The notes under the pieces were generated by a model. It made no database searches, was not told the DNA's origin, and worked only from the letters and a program-made list of their open reading frames with translations. A program made the position numbers and the translations under genes. A stretch of DNA of 64,000 bases from Eledone cirrhosa (lineage: Eukaryota), in contig OZ024740.1 of the NCBI GenBank assembly GCA_964016885.1, positions 175,212,001-175,276,000 on the forward strand, given 5' to 3'. This document shows positions 53,080 to 64,000 of the stretch, piece by piece (within the stretch, counting starts at the first letter, position 1; each line of letters starts with the position of its first letter).

Positions 53080-54895
53080 ATCCGAAGGCATAGTATAAAT
53101 TTCCAATCATTTCAATAAGAGATAAATCAATCGTGTAGCCATGATCGATTATCACTGACCTCGTCAGGTGAAAATGAATTATCTTCAAATCCTTGATATG
53201 AGGGAGAAAATTAACGGTGTTCATTTACAGAGTTTAGTCCCTCATATGAAGATCAAGCAGTCAGAACACGGCGACTGCTATCGTCCTCAGTTAGGGTCAT
53301 CAAATTATCAAGTCTCCCAATAACTGTAAAAGACACTGACATCAATCAAATCTGTAGAATTACAGTGGGTCACAGTTAATGTGAGTGGGTACACACACGC
53401 TCACATATACATAACACGAGGTCAAAGAAAAAAAATATATATACACATACCAACACGGCATCAAATCTGTAGAACTATAGAACTATAGACGGTCACAGTT
53501 AGTGTGAGTGAGTACACACACACACTCACACACACACACCGACACGAGGTTAAAGAAAAAATAAAAATACAAATATACCAACATAGTATTCACCGAAAGT
53601 TAGTTTACAAAACAACAAATGTTATATTGGTCAAATCTCAATTTGACGATGTAAATTGGAAAAATTGGGTCAACCGCAACCCTATACACTCGCAAGTAAG
53701 TTCAGTTCAATGATTTGCTATACGTGTATAGATTGAATTGTAACATCCGTATCTCCAAATAGTGTATGTTATGGTACATACATCCGTATCGTCCAAACAC
53801 CTATCAAACACCTATCTTAAAAGCTCAAGGGCCCATATGACAAGAAATCGCACATACTGACACCTTAACCTTAGTACCCAACCCTACACAGAGCCCCTTG
53901 GTGGCCTACATAGGGGTTGCTTGCACGCACAGATTTGGGGACTCAGATTCTCAATGTGTTCGATATGAGCTGACTACTTGCTCTTCACAGGGATGTGTGT
54001 ATACCTAAACACACATTTTTGGACCATACGGATGTGTAAATACTATAACATACATTATTTGGAGATACGGACGTTAGAATTCAATCTATACACGTATAGC
54101 AGAACACTGAATTGAACTAACTTGCTTGCGTATAGGGTTGCGGTTGACCCAATTTTTTAAATTCTTTTGGACGATACGGTTGTATGTACCATAACATACA
54201 CTATTTGGAGATACGGATGTTACAATTCAATCTATACACGTATAGCAAATCATTGAACTGAACTGACTTGCTTGTGTATAGGGTTGCGGTTGACCCAATT
54301 TTTTCCAATTTACATCGTTAAATTGAGATTTGACCAATATAACATTTGTTGTTTTGTAAACTAACTTTCGGTGAATACTATGTTGGTATATTTGTATTTT
54401 TCTTTTTTCTTTAACCTCGTGTCGGTGTGAGTGTATGTGTGTGTACTCACTCACACTAACTGTGACTGTCTATGGTTCGACAGATTTGATGCTGTGTTGG
54501 TATGTGTATATACATCTTTTTTTCTTTGACCTCGCGTCATGTGTATATGAGTGTGTGTGTACCCACTCACATTAACTGTGACCGACTGTAATTCTACAGA
54601 TTTGATTGATGTCCAGTGTCTTTTACAGTTATTGGGAGACTTGATAGTTTTATGACCCTAACTGAGGACGATAGCAGTCGCCGTGTTCTGACTGCTTGAT
54701 CTTCATATGAGGGACTAAACTTTGTGAATGAACACCGTTAATTTTCTCCCTCATATCAAGGATTTGAAGACAATTCATTTTCACCTGACGAGATCAGTGA
54801 TAATCGATCATGGCTACACGATCGATCTATCTCTTATTGAAACATGTGTCGTGCTTAAAATGATTGGAAATTTATACCATGCCTTCGGATCTTTA
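53075..54895. repeat. Large inverted repeat (~720-bp arms) of a hammerhead-bearing pLTR
   Basis: 53075-53797 is the reverse complement of 54166-54895; additional inverted piece 55253-55318. Confidence 0.9.
54782..54853 (+). ncRNA. Hammerhead with long stem II
   Basis: CAC-CUGACGA-(..GAUAAUCGAUC..GAUCGAUCUAUC..)-GAAA-CAUGUG-UC-GUG. Confidence 0.6.
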
Positions 54896-55041
54896 TTTTG
54901 ATACAAATACTCCGTTTTACATCATCTAGCGGTTCCCATAAATGGAATTGGAGATATACAAAAGCGTGGAGAACTTAATATTGCTAACAAAAATTTTATT
55001 GGGCCGTTTGACACAACCAATAATACAGCTTACTATAAATC

Positions 55042-55200
<159 letters not shown>

Positions 55201-55203
55201 TAT

Positions 55204-55250
<47 letters not shown>

Positions 55251-56164
55251 AACCGCTAGATGATGTAAAACGGAGTATTTGTATCAAAATAAAGATCCGA
55301 AGGCATGGTATAAATTTCGCACACATATATATATTAATATAATAATAATATAGACGAGGTGTTAAGTTTTCATTATATTTATTGAGGTGTGACGCGCACT
55401 TCGCGAATTATCAGCTCAAGGTTTGATCTGTATCGATCAGCCCGACTCTGGAATCAAAGACTAATCGGACTCTTGTATGTATGTTTCGGCAATACTGGTC
55501 CCTTCGTGGCTACAGTGTCTGGCAAAACAGTCAAATACTGTTAAGACGAAGACAAAAGAAAAAAGACTCATGTATTGTGTATTGTTACCAATATTATAAT
55601 ATCACATGTGAAGCACTATATTCCCTTCTCTTCTTTTGTTTTTCCCTATATTTGCCGCTTCACATCTCCTTTCCAACCAGGTGACTGACTGTTGTGGCAT
55701 TCTTCGTTTTTGTTTCTTCCACACCACCTTGTGGCTGTTGGTGCGTCTCGTTCTCTGTTGGTTTCTTCGTCTCCAAGTCTGGCTGGGACTTAGGCGCTGT
55801 CATTTGGTTCTATACATGCAAGCTTTTGTCTTAGTACTCTAGGGACAGTATTTGATTATTTTGTGAGGCACTGTGGATCCGGATGGACCAGTGGAGCCGT
55901 CGGTAGGGGTTGAAGCTGACTAAGTATAACTAAACATGTAGGTGGTAATATATTTTACAATCGCATTGTTCCTGTCTACAGGGAAGAGTGCAAATTATGG
56001 CCATCATTACTTTATCTTTAATTATGAAGACCTAGAAACATTTGTGATAAACGTTGAAACTAAATGCAAGGAATTCATACAAAACAGAAAAACTTTAGAT
56101 AAAACGAGGAAAGTAGACACAATCATTTATTCAATACGAATTTGTGTACTAATGGAAGTGTACA

Positions 56165-56490
56165 TATGGCGCATGAAGGCACATGGTTTAGTGTTTAGAG
56201 AGCTGGGCTTTCAATCATAAGGTTGTGAGTTCGATTCTCGGACCGGGCTTAGCGTTGTATTCTTGAGTAAAATACTTTATTTCACGTTGTTCCAGTTCAG
56301 TCAGCTGTAGAAATGAGTTGGGACGTCACTGGTTCCAAGCTGTATCGACCTTTGCTTTTCCTTTGGACAACATCGGTGGCGTGGAGTGGGGGAGATTGGT
56401 ATGCAAGGGCGACTACTGGTCTTCCACAAACATCCTTGCCCGGACTTGTGCCGCGGAGGGGAACTTTCTAGGTGCAAACCCCATGGTCAT
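56165..56490 (+). mobile_element. tRNA-derived SINE, near full length
   Basis: TGGTTTAGTGTTTAGAG A box, GAGTTCGATTCT B box, central CTTGAGTAAAATACTTTATTTCAC..CAGCTGTAGAAATGAG domain. Confidence 0.75.
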
Positions 56491-56847
56491 TCTTTACCCT
56501 TTTATATCGCACAGGTACAAATGGCACAGATAAATATGGTACAGATCATATAAAATAAATAGAAAATAAAACTAATGGCACAACACAGACATTTATTAAA
56601 TGTATATAATGAAATATCATGTAACATTGTTATGACATAACATATTCTATTATATATTTATCTACTACGAATGTAATTTATGTATTTCTATGAAAAGTAA
56701 CTCGAATACTGCAATTAAAGAATTGTGTTTTATGTTTTAATTACTTCACTTCGATTAAGCTAACATCAAACACTTTTATTATGTTGTGCTAATATTACTA
56801 TATACTATTCGATTACGCGTGCGTACACATCATACGCACACATACAT

Positions 56848-56903
<56 letters not shown>

Positions 56904-57811
56904 AAAACAATGTATACCCACTTTGATTACTTCTACAGGCAATATTATTTTGGAATGCACAGACTTTGTGTATACATTCTTTGGGAAATCCCTGTATATA
57001 ATCTTTCTATGATTTCCGTTTTGTATATAACATTACCCTTTGTGGCTGAGTGGGTAGCGAATAGGATTCACAATCGTGAGGTTATGAATTCGATTCCTTG
57101 ACTGGGCGATGCGTTATGTCCTTGAGCAAGACACTTTATTTCTCGTTGCTCCTTCTACCTGGAGTTGCGACCGACAGATAGTATTAGCAATTGGCAAGAC
57201 CGATGGAAACATTGTTTCCTCGGTCCGATTTGACGAAAGTCAATCGACTATATATATATATATGGTGGCTGCCAACTCGTTTTCGAGTACGGCCACTACT
57301 TTATATCCATGTAGGAGAACCCATACCGATGCGCTGAACGTGTGTGACTTTTTAGTCCAGCCAGCGACTTGAAAACTCTGGTACAAACGCTACACTTGCG
57401 ACAATTATTGATACATAGAGCTGGGGCCATGGTACCATGTGACGACAAGTGCAGAGAGATCTCCAAATATAAAGCAATGCCTGTGCCGTGAAGCTTTTAT
57501 AGTGAGCAAAGGCACTGCACAAAGCCAGTCTCACTCTCTTAACCAAGATGATATTTACCAAAAAAGAAGAACAAGTGGTCGGGTCGTTGGCGACTAAACT
57601 GGCAACCCCACCAAGGTTTCTTGGTGAGGAGGGTGACTTTGGACATCCTGCAGGACTAAAAACAAAACCTGTCAAAGGGCAAAGGAGCTCTTAAGAGTCA
57701 ATGGCTATCTAAAATCACCGGGAGAGATGAACCCTTAGCCTTTGTCAAGGCAGAATTCTAGGAGAAGGAAAACTCTGATATAACACCTGCAACCCTGATG
57801 GTATCCAATGA

Positions 57812-57869
<58 letters not shown>

Positions 57870-58090
57870 GGGTGTTAGTAGGCGTCTGTCATCTTACCAT
57901 CCCATTCCTACTGACTAGCCTCAGTGTCACGTGATTGATTCTTTAGAATCGGCCATATGACCAGTAGCAGTGAGAATTTTCAGTACCTGGAATCCAGTCC
58001 TCGATAGCTGTTCCATTTACCGAATTATTATTATTTTTATATGAGTCCCCAGTGTCCGCGCATTGCCTGGAGACTTGGCTGAGAATAGAC

Positions 58091-58170
58091 CTCCCTGATG
58101 ACGCAATGAAATTCTCAACAGTTCATTACGTAACTGTCTTTATCCCATTGCAGAAACTAATTAGTTGGAG
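58091..58170 (+). ncRNA. Type-I hammerhead ribozyme, canonical core
   Basis: CUCC-CUGAUGA-C-GCAAUG..CAUUGC-A-GAAA-CUAAUUAG-UU-GGAG. Confidence 0.8.
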
Positions 58171-58637
58171 TGAAAATTTAAGTAAGTTAATTTTTTAAAA
58201 TTTTTTTAAAAAAATTTCTTATTTTACGTCTTTTATATTATTGTTCTGCATCCTCCTGCATTGAACCACCTAGGTACTATTACATAACCTGTGTATTGGC
58301 TGGCATTAGCGTACATCTGTGCGCTTATGTTAGTAGATATATTAAATTATCTATATTTATCTCCAAATCACTGATTTGTCGAGCAAACCTGCCAAAACCA
58401 CTTCTAAATTTTTTGGGGGTGTTAGTAGGCGTCTGTCATCTTACCATCCCATTCCTACTGACTAGCCTCTGTGTCACGTGATTGATTCTTTAGAATCGGC
58501 CATATGACCAGTAGCAGTGAGAATTTTCAGTACCTGGAATCCAGTCCTCGATAGCTGTTCCATTTACCGAATTATTATTATTTTTATATGAGTCCCCAGT
58601 GTCCGCGCATTGCCTGGAGACTTGGCTGAGAATAGAC

Positions 58638-58717
58638 CTCCCTGATGACGCAATGAAATTCTCAACAGTTCATTATGTAACTGTCTTTATCCCATTGCAG
58701 AAACTAATTAGTTGGAG
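58638..58717 (+). ncRNA. Type-I hammerhead ribozyme, second tandem copy
   Basis: Same core and stems as 58091-58170. Confidence 0.8.
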
Positions 58718-59577
58718 TGAAAATTTAAGTAAGTTAATTTAAAAAAAAATTTTTTTTTAAATTTCTTATTTTACGTCTTTTATATTATTGTTCTGCATCC
58801 TCCTGCATTGAACCACCTAGGTACTATGACATAACCTGTGTATTGGCTGGCATTAGCGTACATCTGTGCGCTTATGTTAGTAGATATATTAAATTATCTA
58901 TATATATATATATAGATATAGTTAAAAGAATAGAGGTGTAAACACACAAGTTATTATATATTGGTAAACGGAATAGAAAATGCTGACAAATTGTTCACAG
59001 TTGAAAAATGGTTTAATTAGGAATAAAAGAGTATTAGTGATTGTATGGGTTAGTATTCAGTTGTGGTTTTAAGTTTTTAAGTTTTTACCGGTTGCGCATT
59101 TCTAAATGCTTTTCAAAAATAATTTTGAGATAGAGTGTCCGTGTTGTTTGCTCTGATCTGATTAGTTTTGGGAATTCTACCTGTTTTTATGTTAAAAAAG
59201 TGGCTCCAGCGTTACTTTGGTGTTGCAAAAATTCTTCTGGTCAAAACAATTTTGATTGGTCGGTAGAGGTCATGTGAATGTAAAAAATTGATTTTGCGCC
59301 AAGATTGTTTTTATGTTAAAAAAAGTGGCTCCAGCGCTATATGGTGTTTGCAAAAATTCTTGTGGTCAAAACAATTTTGATTGGTCGGTAGAGGTCATGT
59401 GAATAAAAAATTGGTTTTGCGCCAAGATTGAGAAATGACTCTTTCACAACAAATATGTGTGTGTGTGTGTGTGTAGTAGTAGTAGTAAGGTGTTCGATGT
59501 TGTGATAATGGTTAGCAGGGATGTGTGTCAAATGACTATTAAGATAAGTGTGTGTGTCTGTGTGTGTGTGTGTGTGT

Positions 59578-59632
<55 letters not shown>

Positions 59633-59698
59633 CGTGTGTGTGTGTGTGTGTGTATAAGTCTCTTTGTATGTTAATGTACGCGTGTGTATGTGTGTGTG

Positions 59699-59741
<43 letters not shown>

Positions 59742-59884
59742 ACCAGTATTTTTTTCCCCCTGGTAAAATGGTGTACATTATTCGATTTTTTCAGTAAAAT
59801 CGGTTCTCTTAATAGAACATCAAAAATCTTAACAATAAAAGGTGTGAAATGATATTCACTACATATATATACACATACATATAT

Positions 59885-59925
<41 letters not shown>

Positions 59926-60046
59926 TTTTTTTTCTGTGTTGCACCATAGAGCATGTGTGTTTACGTATGTCATTGTGTTTATATGTGGGTGGAGATGTGT
60001 GCTGATGTAGGTATGTATGTTAACGTGTGTATGTTGTGGGTTCGTC

Positions 60047-60893
60047 TTAGGGAGAAGTGTTTAGACGGGGTCCGTATTTGTTAATGAAGTAAGATTCCTT
60101 GCTGATGCGCTGGGTGTGGGTGGCATTATCTTTAAATTTGTAGAGGGGAAAGATTCTGAAGTTGGGATGATTGTGGGCGGCACAGGTATCAATGTGTTCA
60201 CTCAGTGGTATTTTCCTGTATTCCCGTATTTTAATTTGGGATCTATGGACAGTCATGCGTTGGCGGAGGCTGTTTTTGGTCTGGCCTATGTATTGTTCTC
60301 GACAACCTGAGCAAGTTAATACGTATATTAGATTTTCCGATGCACATGTGAAATTGTGTTTTACTATAAAACGTTGTCCATCTTTGAAATAGAATTCCGA
60401 ACCTTCTATTAGGTTGATGCAAATGCCACAGTTGGCTCTATCGCATTTTTTTACTGTGGGTTTCGTTGTTGTGGTTGGCAGTACTTTGGCATGTGTTAGG
60501 ATGTTTTTCATTGACTTGGATTGTCTTTTGCTCTTTATGATATCGTGTGTTCGTAGAATTTGGTTCATTCTATGGTCCTTTTTCAACACAGGGATGTTCT
60601 GGAGGATGGTGTCAAAGGCCTCATTGTTGAGAGGGTTGTGTGTGGAGATGTATGGAAGAGCTTTTAGTTTCGGTTGATTTACTTTAGGGTGTCTAAGGTC
60701 CTGGGTACTGAGTTTTAGGGCACGTTGGATTCCATTGTCAATTAGTGATGCAGGGTAGTCCCTGCCTATGAGTGTGTCCTTTAGTTCTTGTAGCCGTAAG
60801 TAGCAGATGTTTTTATTGGAGACTATAGTACAGATTCTCTTGGCTAAGTTGTAGGGAATATTAATTTTAACGTGTCTAGGGTGGCAAGAGTTG
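60047..60893 (-). pseudogene. Inverted duplicate of the PLE thumb + GIY-YIG region
   Basis: 180-aa ORF differs by 2 residues from 62193-62735. Confidence 0.9.
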
Positions 60894-60899
60894 GCAAGT

Positions 60900-62735
60900 C
60901 TATATCAACTTAGCGCTCTCCACTTTGGAAAACGAAACATACTACGAAAAGGCTGAACACTACAATCAACAGAAAATTATGAGAAACCTAAAAACTCTAA
61001 TCATCTAATACAAACAAGGACTCACTAACAAGGAATTCAGCTTCATCACAGACTTCACAAGTAAATCCAGCCTCTTCTACGGTATCCCTAAAGTACATAA
61101 AAGCGAATCAATAAGTAAGGCATGCAAGGAAGCTACAGACATAGTCATCAATGTCCCCTCACCCAATGATCTCAAATTAAGACCTATAATAGCAGGCTCC
61201 GCTTGCGAAACGCACCGTCTTAGCAACTTCATTGATACCCTTCTCAAACCCTTCCCCAAACACATCAAAAGCTATATAAGGGACGACCTAGATATGCTCA
61301 ATCACATCCCTAATATGCCACTTTCTGAACAAACCCTACTAGTGACGGTCGATGTAGTCAACCTTTACTCCAACATCCTCCACAACCCAGGAATAGAAGC
61401 TATCCAATTCTGGCTGGATAATTTCCACAATGAACTCCCACAACGCATCAAAAAAGAATTCGTGATAGAGGGACTCAAATTTATCTTGGAGAACAATTAC
61501 TTCGTTTTCAATAACAAACCCTACAGGCAGAAATCTGGGACCGCTATGGGAACGAAAACAGCCTCCACTTATGCCAACCTAGTCATGGGATACCTGGAAA
61601 TCACCCTCTACACTAAAGTCCTAAACAAATTTGGAAACACCCTCCACTTACTCATTGAAAGGAACTGGAAGCGATATCTAGATGACTCCTTCATCCTTTG
61701 GCACGAAAACATCGAAAAACTTAAAGAATTTAACACCCTTATAAATGGGCTCAACACGAATATTAACTTCACGATGGAATACAGCCATCAACAACTCCCC
61801 TTCCGCGACATCCTCATTAAGATCCATAACAAAAAATAGAAACAGACATATACTACAAGCCCACCGACTCCAAGCAACATCTCCCCTTCAACTCTTGCCA
61901 CCCTAGACACGTTAAAATTAATATTCCCTACAACTTAGCCAAGAGAATCTGTACTATAGTCTCCAATAAAAACACCTACTACTTACGGCTACAAGAACTA
62001 AAGGACACACTCATAGGCAGGGACTACCCTGCATCACTAATTGACAATGTAATCCAACGTGCCCTAAAACTCAGTACCCAGGACCTTAGACACCCTAAAG
62101 TAAATCAACCGAAACTAAAAGCTCTTCTATACATCTCCACACACAACCCTCTCAACAATGAGGCCTTTGACACCATCCTCCAGAACATCCCTGTGTTGAA
62201 AAAGGACCATAGAATGAACCAAATTCTACGAACACACGATATCATAAAGAGCAAAAGACAATCCAAGTCAATGAAAAACATCCTAACACATGCCAAAGTA
62301 CTGCCAACCACAACAACGAAGCCCACAGTAAAAAAATGCGATAGACCCAACTGTGGTATTTGCATCAACCTAATAGAGGGTTCGGAATTCTATTTCAAAG
62401 ATGGACAACGTTTTATAGTAAAACACAATTTCACATGTGCATCGGAAAATCTAATATATGTATTAACTTGCTCAGGTTGTCGAGAACAATACATAGGCCA
62501 GACCAAAAACAGCCTCCGCCAACGCATGACTGTCCATAGATCCCAAATTAAAATACGGGAATACAGGAAAATACCACTGAGTGAACACATTGATACCTGT
62601 GCCGCCCAAAATCATCCCAACTTCAGAATCTTTCCCCTCTACAAATTTAAAGATAATGCCACCCACACCCAGCGCATCAGCAAGGAATCTTACTTCATTA
62701 ACAAATACGGACCCCGTCTAAACACTTCTCCCTAA
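60900..62735 (+). pseudogene. Penelope RT + GIY-YIG ORF (5'-truncated, frameshift near 61835)
   Basis: FYGIPKVHK, LRPIIAG, DVVNLYSNI, QKSGTAMGT..YANLVMG, WKRYLDD, CDRPNCGIC, NLIYVLTCSGC..YIGQT..R..VHR. Confidence 0.92.
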
Positions 62736-62890
62736 GACGAACCCACAACATACACACGTTAACATACATACCTACATCAGCACACATCTCCACCCACATA
62801 TAAACACAATGACATACGTAAACACACATGCTCTATGGTGCAACACAGAAAAATATATATATATATATATATATAGTTTTAATATAGATG

Positions 62891-62941
62891 AGATTCTACA
62901 GGACTAGAACTGTTTCATTCATTTGAAATCATCAGGAATCT
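62891..62941 (-). ncRNA. Type-I hammerhead ribozyme, canonical core
   Basis: AGAUUC-CUGAUGA-UUUC aaau GAAU-GAAA-CAG..CUG-UA-GAAUCU; 6-bp stem I and monomer-competent stem III. Confidence 0.8.
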
Positions 62942-63342
62942 GGGTATCAAAAAATAAATATGGTATTTATAGGTCTCTACAAGTGGTAGGAGAGGGTGGG
63001 GAGTGGGATGGGTGCAGGTCATTGGTTGATAGAAAAGGGAATTCATTAAAAGCTAATTCTACAAAGCTATAGTTTATTTTTATTTTTATTTATTTATGTT
63101 TTAAGAGTAACAAGGGCAGACAGAATTCTATAAACAGGTTCCGGATGGCCTACCATTCCTTGTCAATAAGTTTCTCTTAAGCTAACAGATGTCTATAAAA
63201 TCAGTGGGGGGTCAGTCATAGTCGATAGAATTAAAGAAAAGGGAGATTCTTTAAAAGCTAAAGTCATTAAGGTTCTACTAAGTGACAAAGGTCTAGAGAA
63301 TTCTGCAGACAGATTCAAAATACTAAGTGCATATCTTACTAT

Positions 63343-63621
63343 TATCTTCGAACTTCTCTTAAACTAATCAACTATATGCCAAAATCAACAGACACATTCA
63401 CAAAAAAACAAAAAAACACATACTCACTCACACACTTACGCGCAACCATAAACACACACACAAACACATATACACACATAAAAACACACACACATATATA
63501 TAAAAATATATAAATATATATTCATGCACACACACGTACATACAGACATACATACACACATACATATATAATACATATATATATATATATATATATATCT
63601 ATATGTATGTGTGTGTGTGTA

Positions 63622-63684
<63 letters not shown>

Positions 63685-63697
63685 ATATATGTGTATA

Positions 63698-63752
<55 letters not shown>

Positions 63753-64000
63753 AGATATATATATATATGTATTATATATGTATGTGTGTATGTATGTCTG
63801 TATGTACGTGTGTGTACATGAATATATATTTATATATTTTTATATATATGTGTGTGTGTTTTTATGTGTGTATATGTGTTTGTGTGTGTGTTTATGGTTG
63901 CGCGTAAGTGTGTGAGTGAGTATGTGTTTTTTTGTTTTTTTGTGAATGTGTCTGTTGATTTTGGCATATAGTTGATTAGTTTAAGAGAAGTTCGAAGATA
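63343..64000. repeat. Inverted repeat centred on a TA/TG microsatellite, running off the window end
   Basis: 63343-63600 is the reverse complement of ~63740-64000. Confidence 0.85.

Larger units (their letters stand above)
57868..58900 (+). repeat. 547-bp tandem repeat (~1.9 units), each unit with an intact hammerhead
   Basis: Units start at 57868 and 58415, near-identical; flanked by (TA)n. Confidence 0.9.
58920..62852 (+). mobile_element. Neptune-type Penelope-like element with a large inverted 5' duplication
   Basis: 59930-60893 is the reverse complement of 61888-62852; the inverted arm continues into a pLTR with a hammerhead remnant at 59083-59119 (UUGAAAA..GCAA-CCGG-UA). Confidence 0.9.

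Noticed and set aside
57262-57300. HDV-like ribozyme at the start of the RTE-like UTR
   Set aside because: Only a simple hairpin is evident; the nested double pseudoknot could not be built

Overview
AT-rich animal genomic DNA, almost entirely repeats, with no host protein-coding gene that I can support. The SINE families and dense (TA)n/(CA)n/(CT)n arrays look cephalopod (octopus-like); this is inference. The centrepiece is a 9,983-bp Helitron-like element (19252-29234; 5'-TC...CTAG-3', inserted between A and T with no target duplication) that splits an RLE-type LINE exactly in frame. Its degraded Rep-PIF1 helicase polyprotein has a Helentron-type Rep motif and ends in an in-frame ubiquitin-specific protease (USP/C19) domain with the Cys, His and Asn-Asp catalytic motifs present. 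The second theme is a dense set of Penelope-like retroelements (Neptune-type, Naiad-type and others) and their non-coding pLTR derivatives, inserted at (TA)n microsatellites and often forming long hairpins. By eye these carry about 14 distinct families of minimal type-I hammerhead ribozymes, including a 547-bp tandem repeat with one intact hammerhead per unit (retrozyme-like). Also present: a non-autonomous Helitron with a paralogous empty site, L1/Tx1 and RLE LINE fragments, a Tc1 fragment, MITEs, tRNA-derived SINEs and minisatellites. All calls are from motif reading only; no searches were run.
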